This document shows, piece after piece, positions 24,650-36,952 of a stretch of 64,000 nt of DNA (within the stretch, counting starts at the first letter, position 1; the number at the start of each line of letters is the position of its first letter). A program made the position numbers and the translations under genes. The stretch comes from Ginglymostoma cirratum (taxonomy: Eukaryota): NCBI GenBank assembly GCA_024137785.1, contig JAHRHZ010000130.1:2488365-2552364 (forward strand), in the 5' to 3' direction. Under the pieces are notes generated by a model. That model was not told the origin of the DNA, made no database searches, and saw only the letters and a list, made by a program, of their open reading frames with translations.

Positions 24650-26390
24650 AGGTCCACCCGGCTGACCTCATTACAGTCACTACATCCCTCCCCCTCTAAA
24701 TCTGGGAAAGTAGGCCTGTTGGTTTCTTGTAGACTCTCGTGGCACATTTTCACACTGGGTCCAGTTCCTCTTACTCTGCCTCAAATGCGGGCGGTGTGTA
24801 CCAGATCACAGACCATCTCTTGCACCCGGAGTGTCTCAGACAAAAATTTATCCTCTTCTTCTGGTGTCAAGACTGGACCATCTACCGTATTGACCTCACA
24901 CTCTGAGGTTTCTTTGACACTAGATGGAGGGGGTGAGCCCATGGGTTCTGACAGCCTTTCCAACTGTTCTGAGAGGCTGGGTATTTTGTACTTCTGCCCT
25001 GTTCATGGGTTAGCAGCTTGTTGTGCATGTCTGATCAGGACTGCCTCTCAAAACCGAATTTTGTATGTCACGGACCTGACCTCATATTAACTATGCCTCT
25101 TACACATGCAGGCCATTTCCATGGTTTTAGCACCAAAGGTCATCCTTGAAGTAAACTGTCACTCTTACTGAGAGCAGTCTTGTGCCTGGCATTGGCATTA
25201 CTGATGCTGTTTCACCCTCCCCCTTCAAGTCTGGGAAAAACAGATTTAACCTGGTGAAGTCTTCTCCCCATTACCAACTCTCCTGGGGCTATCACTGCAG
25301 TTGCATGAGTGGTGATCTGATAAGCAAATAGTGACAAGGACAGTTTGGTATCAAATGAAGCTGTAAGCTGTTTCTTAAGCCTGCCTTCAAAGTTTGGGCT
25401 GCTCTTTCCACCAGACCACTGGACCTTAGATGGGACAGAGCTGTCCTTATATATGGAATGCCATTTGACTTTAGGAAATATTCAAATTCCCTGCTGGTAA
25501 ACAATGGCCCATTATCTGTGACCAAAACTTCCAGGGATCCATGTATTGCAAAAGATGCATGCAGCTTCTCTAGTGTCAACACTTGTTTGATGAAAGAATT
25601 CCATGCACGTCTAACCACTATGTGTGGGCATCCACAATGACCAAGAACTTTGATTTCATGAAAGGGCCAGCCCAGTTGATATGTAACCGAGTCCAATATT
25701 TATCCAGCCATTCCCACAAATGTGGGTGAGATGCTGGGACTAAGTTTGTCCTTGTTGGCACTCTGGGCATTGCCCCACCAAAACTTTGTCCACACAGCAA
25801 TGTCTGCACCCAATCCTGGCCACCAGACATAACTTCTCACCAACATCTTCATTTTGGACATCCCTGGATGACCCTGGTGCCGTTCAGCCAGTATCTGGTG
25901 GTGAACTTTTCTCAGAACAATCAGTCTTGCTCCCCATAATAAAATACTATCCTCGACAGTGATCAGCTCTTGCCTGGTCTAGAAAGGTTTCAGTTCCGGT
26001 TGTGGTTGTCCTTTTGTTTTCCCCATCACCACCGGCTGTTTTAGTATTGCCAGGACCGGATCTTTTTGTGTCCACAGTCTGATATTGTCAGTGGTTACTG
26101 GAAGAGTGTCCAGAAAGTTTATAGTCAGAATCTTTCCAGTGACAGCGCCACTGGAGATGTATCTGCCAGTGGGAAGTGGTTCAAGGCATCTGCATTTGCT
26201 ACTCAGCCTCCCGGACACTGTTCCAACTTGCACTTAGAATGGGAACTCATTGCTAAATTCGACTTAGGTCTATGGGCAGCACAACCTTGTCCACATTGAG
26301 GACCCCTAGCAGAGGTTTGTGGTCTATTAATATTATAAATTTACATCAGAAAAGGTATTGATATCACACCAAAATGACCTCGTTACAATC
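24650..26390 (-). mobile_element. Gypsy/Ty3 LTR retrotransposon pol remnant (RNase H end and integrase) in the GPCR intron
   Basis: Fragmented ORFs include WTQKDPVL, WTRLHINWAGPFMKSKFLVIVDAH and TDNGPLFTSREFEYFLKSNGI...SSGLVERAAQTLK (DDE integrase). Confidence 0.88.
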
Positions 26391-26419
26391 ACGGTAATTT
26401 CATTCAGTTAACTTTCTGA

Positions 26420-28060
26420 ATCTTGACAGTAGCCTAGAGAATGATCAATGTTGTTCTGTTGTTTAAGCAGGGCAACAGGGATAATCTGGGAAATTACAGG
26501 CCAGTGAGCCTTATTTCAGTGTTCGGGAAATTATTTGAAGAGATTCTTAGGGACAGGATTTCTCCACATTTTGAAAATAAAAATGCACTTCTTTGCAATT
26601 GGCAGCATGGCTTTGTGCGGGAGATGTCAAACAACCGTATTGAGTTTTTGAGGAAGTGACAAAGATGATTGATGAGAGCAGTGCAGTGGATCTTGTCTGC
26701 ATAGACTTTCACAAGGCCTTTGACAAAATCCTTCATGGCAGACTGATAAAGAAGAAGAAGTCACTTGGGATCCACAGTGAGATGGATAGTGAACTGACTT
26801 GGTCAAAGAAGACAGGGTAGTAGTGTTTTTTTCTAACTGGATACCTATGACCTAGTGATGTTCTGCAATGATTGGTGCTGGGACCCCTTGTTTGTAATAT
26901 ATATAAATGATTTGGAGGAGAATGTAGGTGGTACGATTAGCAAGTTTGGGGGTGGCAGAATGGTTGGGGGATCTGTGTTTGGTCAGGATGATTGCCAGAG
27001 AGTACAGCAGGATATAAATAGGCTGGCGACTGGGCAGAGAAATGGCAGATGGAATTTAATCTGGACAAATGTGATGTGATACATTTTAGAAGGTCATATG
27101 CAGGAGGGATGTTTACAGTAAATGGAACAACCCTTTGAAGTATTAACATACAAAACTATCTCGGTTTACAGTTCCACAGTTCCCTAAGAATGGAAACACA
27201 GTCCAAAGATGTGCAGATTAGGTGAATTGGCCATGCTAAATTGCCCATAGTGTTTAGGGATGTATAGGTTAGGTGCGTTAGCCATGGGAAATGTAGGATT
27301 ACAGGGAAAAGGTAGGGAGATGGGTCTGGGTGGGATGCTCTTCGAAGGATCAGTATGGACTTGTTGGTTTGAATGGCCTGTTTCCACACTGAGGGGATTC
27401 TGTGATTCTGTGAAGTAGCTAACATGATGAAGAAGGTGTATGGCATGCTTGCCTTCATCGGTCGGGGCATGAGCAAAAAAATTAACAAGTCATGTAGATG
27501 TATAGTACTCTAGTTCGGCCACATATGGATATTGTATGCAGATCTGGTCATCACACAACCAGAGGTCGTGGAGGTTTTTACAAGGTACAGAAAAGGTTTT
27601 CTAGGACATTGTCTGGTTTGGATAATATAAGCTAATAGGAGAGATTAAACAAACTATTTTCTTAAATTGAATGTCAGAGGCTGAGGGGAGACCTGATAGA
27701 AATTTACAAAATTGAGAGGGAAGGATAGAATGAATTGTTGGAGTCTTTTATCCCATGATAGAAATGTCAATTACCAGGGGACATACATTTAATATAAAAG
27801 AATGAAAGCTTAAAGCAGATGTGAGAGGCAATTCTTTTACACAGAGTATGGTAAGTACCTGGAATGTGCTACCAAAGAAAGTGGTAGAAGCAGATACAGT
27901 TCCAACATTCAAGAGACATCCTGACAGATAGATAATTAGACAGGGAATAGTGGACTAAGAGCCATATAGATGTAAAAGGCTTTTAGTTTAGATTGGTGTC
28001 ATGCATCAGCACAGACTTGGTAGGCTGAAGACCTGCTCCGATGTGCTGTTCTTTGATCCT
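26420..28060 (+). mobile_element. CR1 LINE with an inserted HE1 3' fragment (~27200-27410)
   Basis: ORFs 26441..26659 (GNYRPVSL, QHGFVRE) and 26855..27079. Confidence 0.85.
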
Positions 28061-30969
28061 TCATAATAACACATGGTATCTAATAATCTGTAAGCAACAT
28101 TTCAATGTATTTCAATATTCCACTATGACTATTGCTGAAACACAATGTCTTAGTTATGAAATCAAATAAACTTGTAAGATCCCACAGTTCTCTATTTGCC
28201 TGTATCACATTATTATGGTTTACAGCCCGTTACTTTGTAGAGTATGTGCTAATGCTTCATTATTTAATGTATGTTTTATTGTTCTTCTGGTCAAAACATA
28301 AAGATTTGCAGAGCATGTGTATCCACCCCACTCTGTCTGATACTTTGGGTGGTGGCCACACCATGCAATCCAATTCCCTTAAGAATTTTTTGTTGAAGAT
28401 CACCACGGGAAAGCTTTCAATTAGTTTGCTTTGTATACATTTTCCTTTCTTTTAATATCCCATTTAACTGTTGCCAAGGTGTGTTATTCTCATTCACTAT
28501 TCATTTTCCTGTCACTATTGAATTAAAACATTCTCACAACATCCTTAAAACAGAAGTCAAACATTTCTATTTGATCACAAACACTAACAACTCTTGGTAA
28601 CTAGTTGTTTTACAATAAGGTATCTTGGGCTTCTAAAAGGAAAAAGTAACTTGGTAAATTTCTTTAGACATTTCACTTCTCGAAGTATTTCATATTCACA
28701 GTAACATGTTCCTTTCAGAGTTTGTCACTTTCCTAGAACAAACAATGAGTACATTCATTCTTGCTATTGACTGAACATTTAATGCTTAATAACTTGCAGT
28801 TGATACAATCCCTTTAGCTTACCTTCCTTTAGTCAAGTCTCATTGGGGTGCAGGATTTAGCGAAGTTCTACAGAAAGGGTCCTCAAATAATTAAATAATC
28901 CATCAATCTGTTTTGCACGTCCACAGGCCTTGATAGTTGAAACTGCACGTGAGTTCTCTCATATTTAGGCTGACTTTAAACCCATCTGCTCCTATCTGCT
29001 TGGTGACACACAGTAATGCCCTATGGATTCCTTAATGGCTCCCTACACAATCAATAGATTGTTCATGTATTAGATCAGTGTGCTATTTCTTAAACCTCGT
29101 ATCATTTTTCAGATTGACTGTATGAAATAACAACTTTTATAAAATTATTTATCAATCCCAATTTCAGAAACAATGATCCAGGCTTGGTAGTTTTTAACAG
29201 TTCATTTTGATCAGAGACCCAAGAGATCAGTGTTAATTTTCCTAGTTTAAAACACTTCGTCTCAGAAAAGAACACACAACCTGATTGGTCAAGGCCAGTC
29301 TCTAAAAAGGCAAAGCCTTTAATCCAAATTGGAGATCTGTAACTGTCCAAAAACACGGATATTTTGGATTTAAATGGTGGCTGCCATCAGAAAGAGTTCA
29401 CTCTCTGCTGCTCTGAGGGCCCAAGTCACAGAGTGATGTCAGGTCACAATCTTACTTTTTTTTAGAAATCTGCTGATATCCTCTGATCAATTTCAAAGTG
29501 ATCTTTTAAATTTGATAGCCTTTCTTGGATTTTCCAATTTTTTTTCAATTGTACCAAAACCCATTTAGTGTTTCCAAGATCACTTTTACAGTAGAAGCAC
29601 ATATCTTGTACCTTTACATTGTTTCACACTTTTCATCTGTGGTTTGAGAAAAAAAACAACTACAGTACTTTGAATGGACAAAATATTTCTTACTCCAAAT
29701 TCTAATTTCAAATTGGATGTCATCCAAAATGAAGTTATCTATATTGTGGTAACAACGTAAGCTTGTACGACATAAAAAACATGCCTTCAAATTAATTTTT
29801 TTTTAGAAAGTTCACACTTTCCAGAGATTTGAACAGATGTTTCGTGAACAATATCCTAATTTTTTATTTACTTCTTTCTGTTTATGGGGTGGGTTACCGC
29901 TGTCTTGCACTATTGGCACTAATGGCAGTTGTGATTCATAACATAGGAGTGGAGGTTTTCTTCCCATTTATCAGCTTTTTTGACACAGTTCAGCCAGCCA
30001 TAACCACTGGCCAGCAGTTTCATGTTACATTAACTTTAACTAATTTGCAAATGTTGATATTAAAATGACAATCATTTCTTCCTTCTGTTTTTTTTTGCAC
30101 CCTATTTCCTGGAGCTACCAGTTTTACAAGTTATAGTCCTAGGGTTCAAAGTTAATGCCCTCACATGTAGGGGCGGTTGCTGATGGTGGTCACACCTGCC
30201 TGTGCCCACTGTTCTTGCTACAAGCTGTAGTCATCAGCCATTCCCTCCCCACAATATTTCCATTTGTTTGTCTAACCAGTTGCAAATATAGAGTGGTAAC
30301 TATTTTCATTCCTTTCTGTTCTCAGTCCTTGTTTGGCCCACCCACCAACTTTTCAGTTCTGCAGGTGTGTTACATGGATTCATAACTGCATTTTCTTAAC
30401 TAATTTAGCCTGTTGTTCCATTATGAATATCGTGATGGAGCCCTCAGTTCTCCATTCAGAGTTCATAACCTTTCAGTCCTTCTTCCCACCAGACATTCTC
30501 CTGCCTGACCCTGTGCAGTCAGCTTTCAAATCTGTATGGCTTCTACGTCTTGTATAAGTACAGTTCCCTTAACTGTGGCTGTGCAGTTTACCCAAATTTC
30601 CCCTGGTCGCAGCATGGGTACGCTTGTGCAGATATGGCTTACTCTGTCTTTGGTCACAGCACAATTCAACCTGCACGGATCTGACCTAGTATTAGGGTCA
30701 TTTTCCAGCGTGGATTTAGCTCCTCTCACTCCCTTGGCCCTATGCAGATTCTTCAGTGCAGAATTAGCCTAGCTCCATAGCCTTCCCTTGCTGAATTTAA
30801 TAATTTATCCCTTTTAATGGGACGATTTAATTGAATTGGTATTTTTGATTTACTTGGTATTCTTTTGCATGTTACAGTAATATCTGTCAAATTTAAAGTG
30901 CTCTGCTAGGTTCATAACATCAGGAATGAAATAACACACTTTTATTATATTCTTTCTGCTTTGATGTGA

Positions 30970-33225
30970 ACATAGAAACTAGGAGCAGGAGTTGCGCTGT
31001 CAGCCTGTTGAGCTTGCTCCATCATTCAATATAAACATGGTTGAACCTCTATCACAATGCCATATTCTGACTTTCTCCACATACTTCTCAATGGCTTTAA
31101 AATCTAGCAATTTATCTGTCCCTTGCTTGAATATATTCAAAACTTGGCCCCCACAGAGTTCTATGATATAGAATTCAATATGCTCACTACCCTTTGAGTG
31201 AAGAGGTGACTCCTTATCTCAGTCCTAAATCATCTACACCCTCTCCCGAGATTGTTCTTCGGTTCTAAAATCCTCAACAGGGAAAACATCTTCACAGCTT
31301 CCAGTCTGTCCAGCCCTGTTAGAAATTGATACATTCAATTAGATCTCTTCTCACCCTTCCAATGAATATAGGACTAGTCAAATAAATCTCAGCTCATTGG
31401 ACAGCTTACTATTGGGGCACTATGTATCAGCATACAGAACTTCAGTGGCATGCCCCCATTGCAAACATATCCTCTCTTATGTAGACAGACCAAACTAGCA
31501 TGCAATATTCCTAGTGTGGTCTCTCTAAGGCCCTGTATACCTGCAATAAGACATTCCTACTCTGAACTCAAACCCACTTGCGATGAAGATCAATATACCA
31601 TTTGCCTTCCTAATTGCTTGCTGCAACAGCCTGACTAGCTCCATTGATTGGTATACAAGGGCAACCACATTACTTTGTACATCATACTTCTCAATATATC
31701 ACCCTTTAAATAATACTCTTCCTTTAATTTTTTTTCACACTGAGTGTATAAATTCATGTTTAGCCACTTTGCCCTGCATTTACCATTTGTTTGTCCACTC
31801 ACTCAAATTGCCTGAATCACCTTGAAACGTCCTTGCACCCACCTAAAAATTCACAATCCCGCCCAATTTTGTGTCACCCGCAAACTTGGAAATGTTGCAT
31901 TTGGATTCCTTATATAAGTAATTTACATATATCATTAATTTAACTTTTGCAGTAACCCACTACTGACTGACAGCGAGTTGGGAAAAGACCCATTTATTCC
32001 AACTTTCTGTTTTTTGTCTGTCACCCAAATCTTGATCCATTTTACCCTGATTCCATATGCTCTAATTTTGTTAACTAACCTCTTATGAAGGACGTTATCA
32101 AAACCTTGTCGAGTCCTGTTTCACACACTGGTAATGGCAAAAAAAATGATCAAGGCTATCCTCACTGCGAAGAATAAACACAATAACCAACAACTCTGGG
32201 CTCATCATTCCTATTCCTAGAACACTTGTAGACACGTTGTGGCTCTATTGGGGTTCTTTCAAAAAGTAAATTGTGCAATAAATGAAGGGAAAGACATATA
32301 TACATTATACTTGCATTCACAATGGCATATGATAAGGTGCCACATTAAATGTTATTGTGGAAAATATAAACTTATGAGTAGAGGGCAACATATTGTCATG
32401 GATAGAGGCATGGCTGAGAAACAGGAATTAGACAGTAGGATTAAACAGGTCCTTTTTTTGGTTGGCAGGATGTTACAAGTTGTATATCGCAGGAGTTGGT
32501 GTTGGGTCTCAACTCTTTCCAACTTTTAAAATGATATTAGATGAACAGACATAGGATTAGGAGTAGGCCATTAGCCTCTCAAGCCTGTTCTGCCATTAAA
32601 TGAAAGGGCTGATCTGTGGCCAACTCCAAAGGTGTGGGAGCTAAATTTGCTGATGACAGAAAGGTAGGTAGGAAAGTGAACAGCCTAGAAAGGATTATAG
32701 ATAGGTTAAGTGAGTTATCAAAGATCTGGCAAATGGAGTATGAGAAAGTATGAAATTGTCCATGTTGTCAGTAAGAATAAAAAAACCTTTGGTGAAAGTT
32801 TACAGAACTTTGAGATGCAGAGAGACTTGGGTGTCCTCATGAGTGAATCACAGAAGATTTGCATGCAGGCACAGTGATTAATCTGGACAGTTATTACAAT
32901 GTTATGTTTTATTGCGAGGGGAGTCGAATGCAACAGTAGGAGTGTTATTCTTCAGTTATATAGGACATTGGTGAGGCTGGATCTAATGTACTTTGTACAG
33001 TACTGTTCACAGTACTTATGGATGAGTGTTAATATGTAGAAAGAAGTTCAGAGAATGTTTACTAAACTAATGCCTGGAATGAGTGGATTTCTTTATGAAG
33101 AAAGGCTTGTGAGGCTAGGCCTGCATCCTCTGAAGTTTGCAATGTCAGAGGTGACTTAGTTTAAACATACAAGATCCTGAGGTGAACTGATCAGGTTGAT
33201 TTTTGAATGAATGTGTCCTTTTAAT
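30970..33225. mobile_element. Old CR1 fragments (minus ~30970-32110, plus ~32240-33225) within the duplicated block
   Basis: Same order and junctions as the CR1 pieces at 18.1-22.2 kb. Confidence 0.7.
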
Positions 33226-33241
33226 TCGGAATGAATTTCTG

Positions 33242-34015
33242 ATGCCATTGTTGTGGTAGATTATTTTGTGAAGTAATCTCAGGACCCTTGAGGTACATGT
33301 CAACAATCATTTATTGAGAAAATGTTGAGTCTACACTAGAAGAGATTCCAAGGTAACACGCTAACTAAAATTCATCAGATATTTATACATTTTAAATCAC
33401 ACATAAAGTACATTACTCGAATTCTGAAATGGTTTGTTTTAGACAAACACCGTTTTTTTCACACTTGCCGAAAATGGCAAGACACCTGCTACCCTGGTCT
33501 CGTCACTCCCTAACTTCCCAGGTGCCATCGTAACTCCTTTCCAAAGACTGTATTTCATTCCCATCTTTGACTAAATCCCATTTTTCCAATGTAGTCTGTG
33601 TCAACCTCAATTTCCATTTCCAAATAACTCCTCAGGGTTAGTGCTGGTTCAGCCATGTTGCATTTTCACAGAAACTCTGTCTGCCTGCTGCATCAGCATC
33701 AGAGTGTGTTTATCCCCTCTGACTAACTTTTACCATATTCTGTCGACTTTTTTGAATAAGAATATTTGAAACTGAATATAAAGTGATTTATTTGGTTATT
33801 GCTTTTGAACTTAATTAGAACTTTCTACCTCATTCTTTTCCTCCCTGGAACTTCATGTTAACTCATGTCATGCCAAACTTCTCCCAAATGATCCTATTTA
33901 TGATGCCAATTATTGGGGTAGACTTCCCCAACATGGGCTCAATAAATAATTGTTGATCTGTACCTAGACGCTCCTGAAGATTACTTCACAAAACAATTTA
34001 CTACAACAATGGCAT
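33242..34015. repeat. ~95-bp diverged inverted repeat (33242-33335 vs 33918-34015)
   Basis: atgccattgttgtggtagattattttgtgaagtaatctcagg... versus the reverse complement of ...cctgaagattacttcacaaaacaatttactacaacaatggcat. Confidence 0.8.
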
Positions 34016-34393
34016 AAGAGTACTGTATTTACAGTATAAGTCTTTCTAAAGTTATTAGTGTTCCAGATGTAGTGTTATGGTACCACACTTATTGCATGCA
34101 TCTCTCATTATCTTGTTTAACATATGTATTCATAAATTATTATTAAAAACACTAATTTTCCGAAGGTTGCACAGAGAAGTATTTATTATACAAGTCCCAT
34201 TTAAAGGTTCAATTGTTTCAGGTTTCTTATTTTACAAGATTTTACTTAATATATCATTATTTTAAGAAACTACACTAATGTATTTGTTCATTTTACCCTC
34301 CCTAATTTAAGTCATCATTGACTCAGAAATATAGTATAGTAATAGTCTTTTTTGTATCTACAAGCCACGCATTTGGATTTATGTTTCTTGCAG

Positions 34394-35301
34394 CTAACCT
34401 AATGGCGATTGTGATCCTGTCCAGAAGAAGGTGTGGTTTATCCAAGTGTATCACACGGTACCTGCTGTCCATGGCAGTGACAGATCTCCTCGTAGTCATC
34501 ATTGCAGTCATATTGCATCGGATCCGTGGCATTTATTTCCCAGTTAGCTTTCTGACAACCACTCCAGGCTGTAGTGCTAGTGCTGCTCTAAATTATGCAG
34601 CCAGAGACAGCTCAGTTTGGTTAACAGTCACTTTTACCTTCGATAGATGTGTGGCTATTTGCTGCCAGAAGCTGAAAACGAAATATTGCACTGAGAAAAC
34701 AGCAGCTGTGGTTATAACAACAGTTTGTTCTTTGAGCTGCATTAAACACGTCCCCACTTACTTCATATATGAACCAGTCTACATAATAGACAATGTGCCG
34801 TGGTTCTGCAGCATTAAGTTATCATTTTACACATCACGCGGTTGGGCAGCATTTGATTGGTTGGACCGTATTCTAACCCCTTGTGTCCCTTTTGTTCTGA
34901 TCCTTTTGCTCAATATGCTGACAATCAGACATGTTCTAATGGCTAATAAAACACGCAAGAGATTTCAACACCACTGCAATGGATCACATCAGAGTGACTC
35001 AGAGATGGAGAACCGGAAAAAATCCATTATTTTACTATTGTCTATATCAGGCAGCTTTGTTGCCTTATGGATGGCCTATGTTATAAATATGTTTTATGTG
35101 CGATTTACAAAGGGCAGTTATTTCGAAGGCTCTAATATTACTGATCCAAGATTCATTCTGCAGGAAAGTGGATACATGCTGCAACTTTTTAGCTGTTGCA
35201 CCAATACATGCATTTATGCAGTAACACAAAGTAAATTCAGGAAAGAATTAAATAATGCGGTTAAATACCCATTTAAACTATTTTTTAAATTATGGAAATA
35301 A
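34394..35301 (+). CDS. GPR139/GPR142-like (probable G-protein coupled receptor 139-like) 7TM receptor, coding exon 2; spliced protein 325 aa
   Basis: Acceptor TTTCTTGCAG at 34384-34393, uninterrupted frame to TAA. Motifs include NLMAIVIL (TM1), MAVTDLL (TM2), SVWLTVTFTFDRCVAIC (TM3), PCVPFVLILLLN (TM5), TNTCIY and helix 8 SKFR. The first 25 aa of the track ORF 34318..35301 are intronic. Confidence 0.92.
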
Positions 35302-35956
35302 CTGAGCTCATTTATTAAAACAGACGGAAGAGAGTTAACCCTTTGCTTATTCCGTCCTCATCTTCTTATTGTTTTTCTGTCTTGTGACCACCCCTCGTAA
35401 GTTCTCGACTAATTCATTCTATTTTGTTACATTCTCTCTCACGCTAACCCATTGCCCCACCTCTCAGTGCCAAATGATTCTTCACAAATTTCAGGCAGCT
35501 TTCTCTGGATTCTGGAATTGTGCTTTGAATTGATAAATTATAAAGGCCACTCCACTATCAATGATAAGGAGAAGAAAAGCAAGCTAGCAATGGGAAGAGA
35601 TTGCTGGGCCCCTTACTGAGATATTTGTTTCATCAACGACTGGAAGACTGGATGTTGGCTATGTGGTTCCATTACTTAAGAAAGGCTTTAAGGAAAAGCT
35701 GGGGATCTATAGACTGGTCAGCCTTATGTCTGTGGTGGGTAAGTTGTTGGGAGGATTCTGAGGGATAGGATTTACATGCATTTTGTAAGGCAGGAACTCA
35801 CTACTGACAGTCAACCTGGCTTGTACATGGAAAATCATATCTCACCAACTTGCTTGAATTTTTGAAGAGTTGACAAAGAAGATTGATGAAGGCAGAGTGA
35901 TAGATGTTGTCTATATCGACTTCAGCAAAATGTACAATAAGGTTCCACACAGTAGA

Positions 35957-36122
35957 TTACAAGGTGTAGAGCTGGATGAACACAGCAGGCCAAGCAGCAT
36001 CATAGGAGCAGGAAAGCTTGACGTTTCGGGCCTCGACCCTTCTTCAGAAGAAGACTGTGTTCATCCAGCTCCACACCTTGTCATCTCAGATTCTCCAGCA
36101 TCTGCAGTTCCTACTATCTCTC
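35957..36122. mobile_element. Head-to-head Penelope-derived mini-element inserted in CR1
   Basis: Inverted tail arms (caaggtgtagagctggatgaacacag / ctgtgttcatccagctccacaccttg) with a 13-bp TSD TCCACACAGTAGA (35944-35956 / 36123-36135). Confidence 0.85.
36017..36050 (-). ncRNA. Minimal hammerhead ribozyme in a fold-back Penelope mini-element
   Basis: Minus strand ctt-CTGAAGA-A-GGGT cgag GCCC-GAAA-C-GTC-aag. Confidence 0.65.
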
Positions 36123-36952
36123 TCCACACAGTAGACTGGTTGGTAAGGTTGGATCACATGGGATACAGGAGGAGCTAATCAATTGGATACAGAATTAACT
36201 TGAAGGTAGGAGACAGAGGATGGTGGCAAAGGGTTGCTTTTCAGACTGGAGACCTGTGACAAGTGGGGTGCCATGAAAATTGGTGCTGGGCCCATTGCTT
36301 TTCATCATTTATATAAATGATTCAGGTGCGAATATAGCAGGTATGGTTAGTAAGTTTGCAGATGACACCAGAATAGGTGGTGGAGTGGACAGTGAAGAAG
36401 GTTATCTCAGACTCCAATGGAACCTTGATCAGTTGGGTCAATGGACCAAGGATTGCCAATGGAGCTTAATTTAGATAAATGTGAGGTGCTGCATTTTGAT
36501 AAGGCAAATCAGGGTAGGACTTACACAGTTAATGGTTGGGCCCTGGGGACTGTTGCCGAACAAAGAGACCCTGGGGGTGCAGGTGCATAGTTCCTTGCAA
36601 GTGAAGTCGTAGGGTGGTGAAAAAGGCATTTGGCACACTTGTCTTCATGGATCAGAACATTGGGTATCCGAGTTGGGATGTCATATTGCGGATGTACAGG
36701 ACATTGTTGAGACCACTTTCAGAATACTGCATACAATCTTGGTCACCTTTCTAAAGGAAGGATATTGTTAAACTTGAGAGGGTGCGGAAAAGATTTACAA
36801 TATTTTTTAAAGGTTGTAAAGATTTTGGCCTCCGCTACCTTCCCAGGCAGTGCATTCTAGATTCTAACCACCTGCTGAGTGAAGAAGACCTTTCCCAAAT
36901 CCCCTTAAATCTCCTGCCTCTTCCACTAAAAATATACCCTCTCAATTTACCA

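Larger units (their letters stand above)
35590..36810 (+). mobile_element. CR1 LINE RT fragment downstream of the GPCR
   Basis: ORFs 35870.. (DEGRVIDVVYIDFSK) and 36280..36474 (VLGPLLF, KFADDT). Confidence 0.85.

Noticed and set aside
29900-29940. LMAVVI resembling the start of GPCR exon 2
   Set aside because: Only ~19 nt of similarity with no continuation, so it cannot be distinguished from chance.
34318-34393. N-terminal 25 aa of the 327-aa ORF
   Set aside because: Starts at TTG and lies upstream of a clean acceptor. It is intronic and is replaced by exon 1 at 23368-23437.
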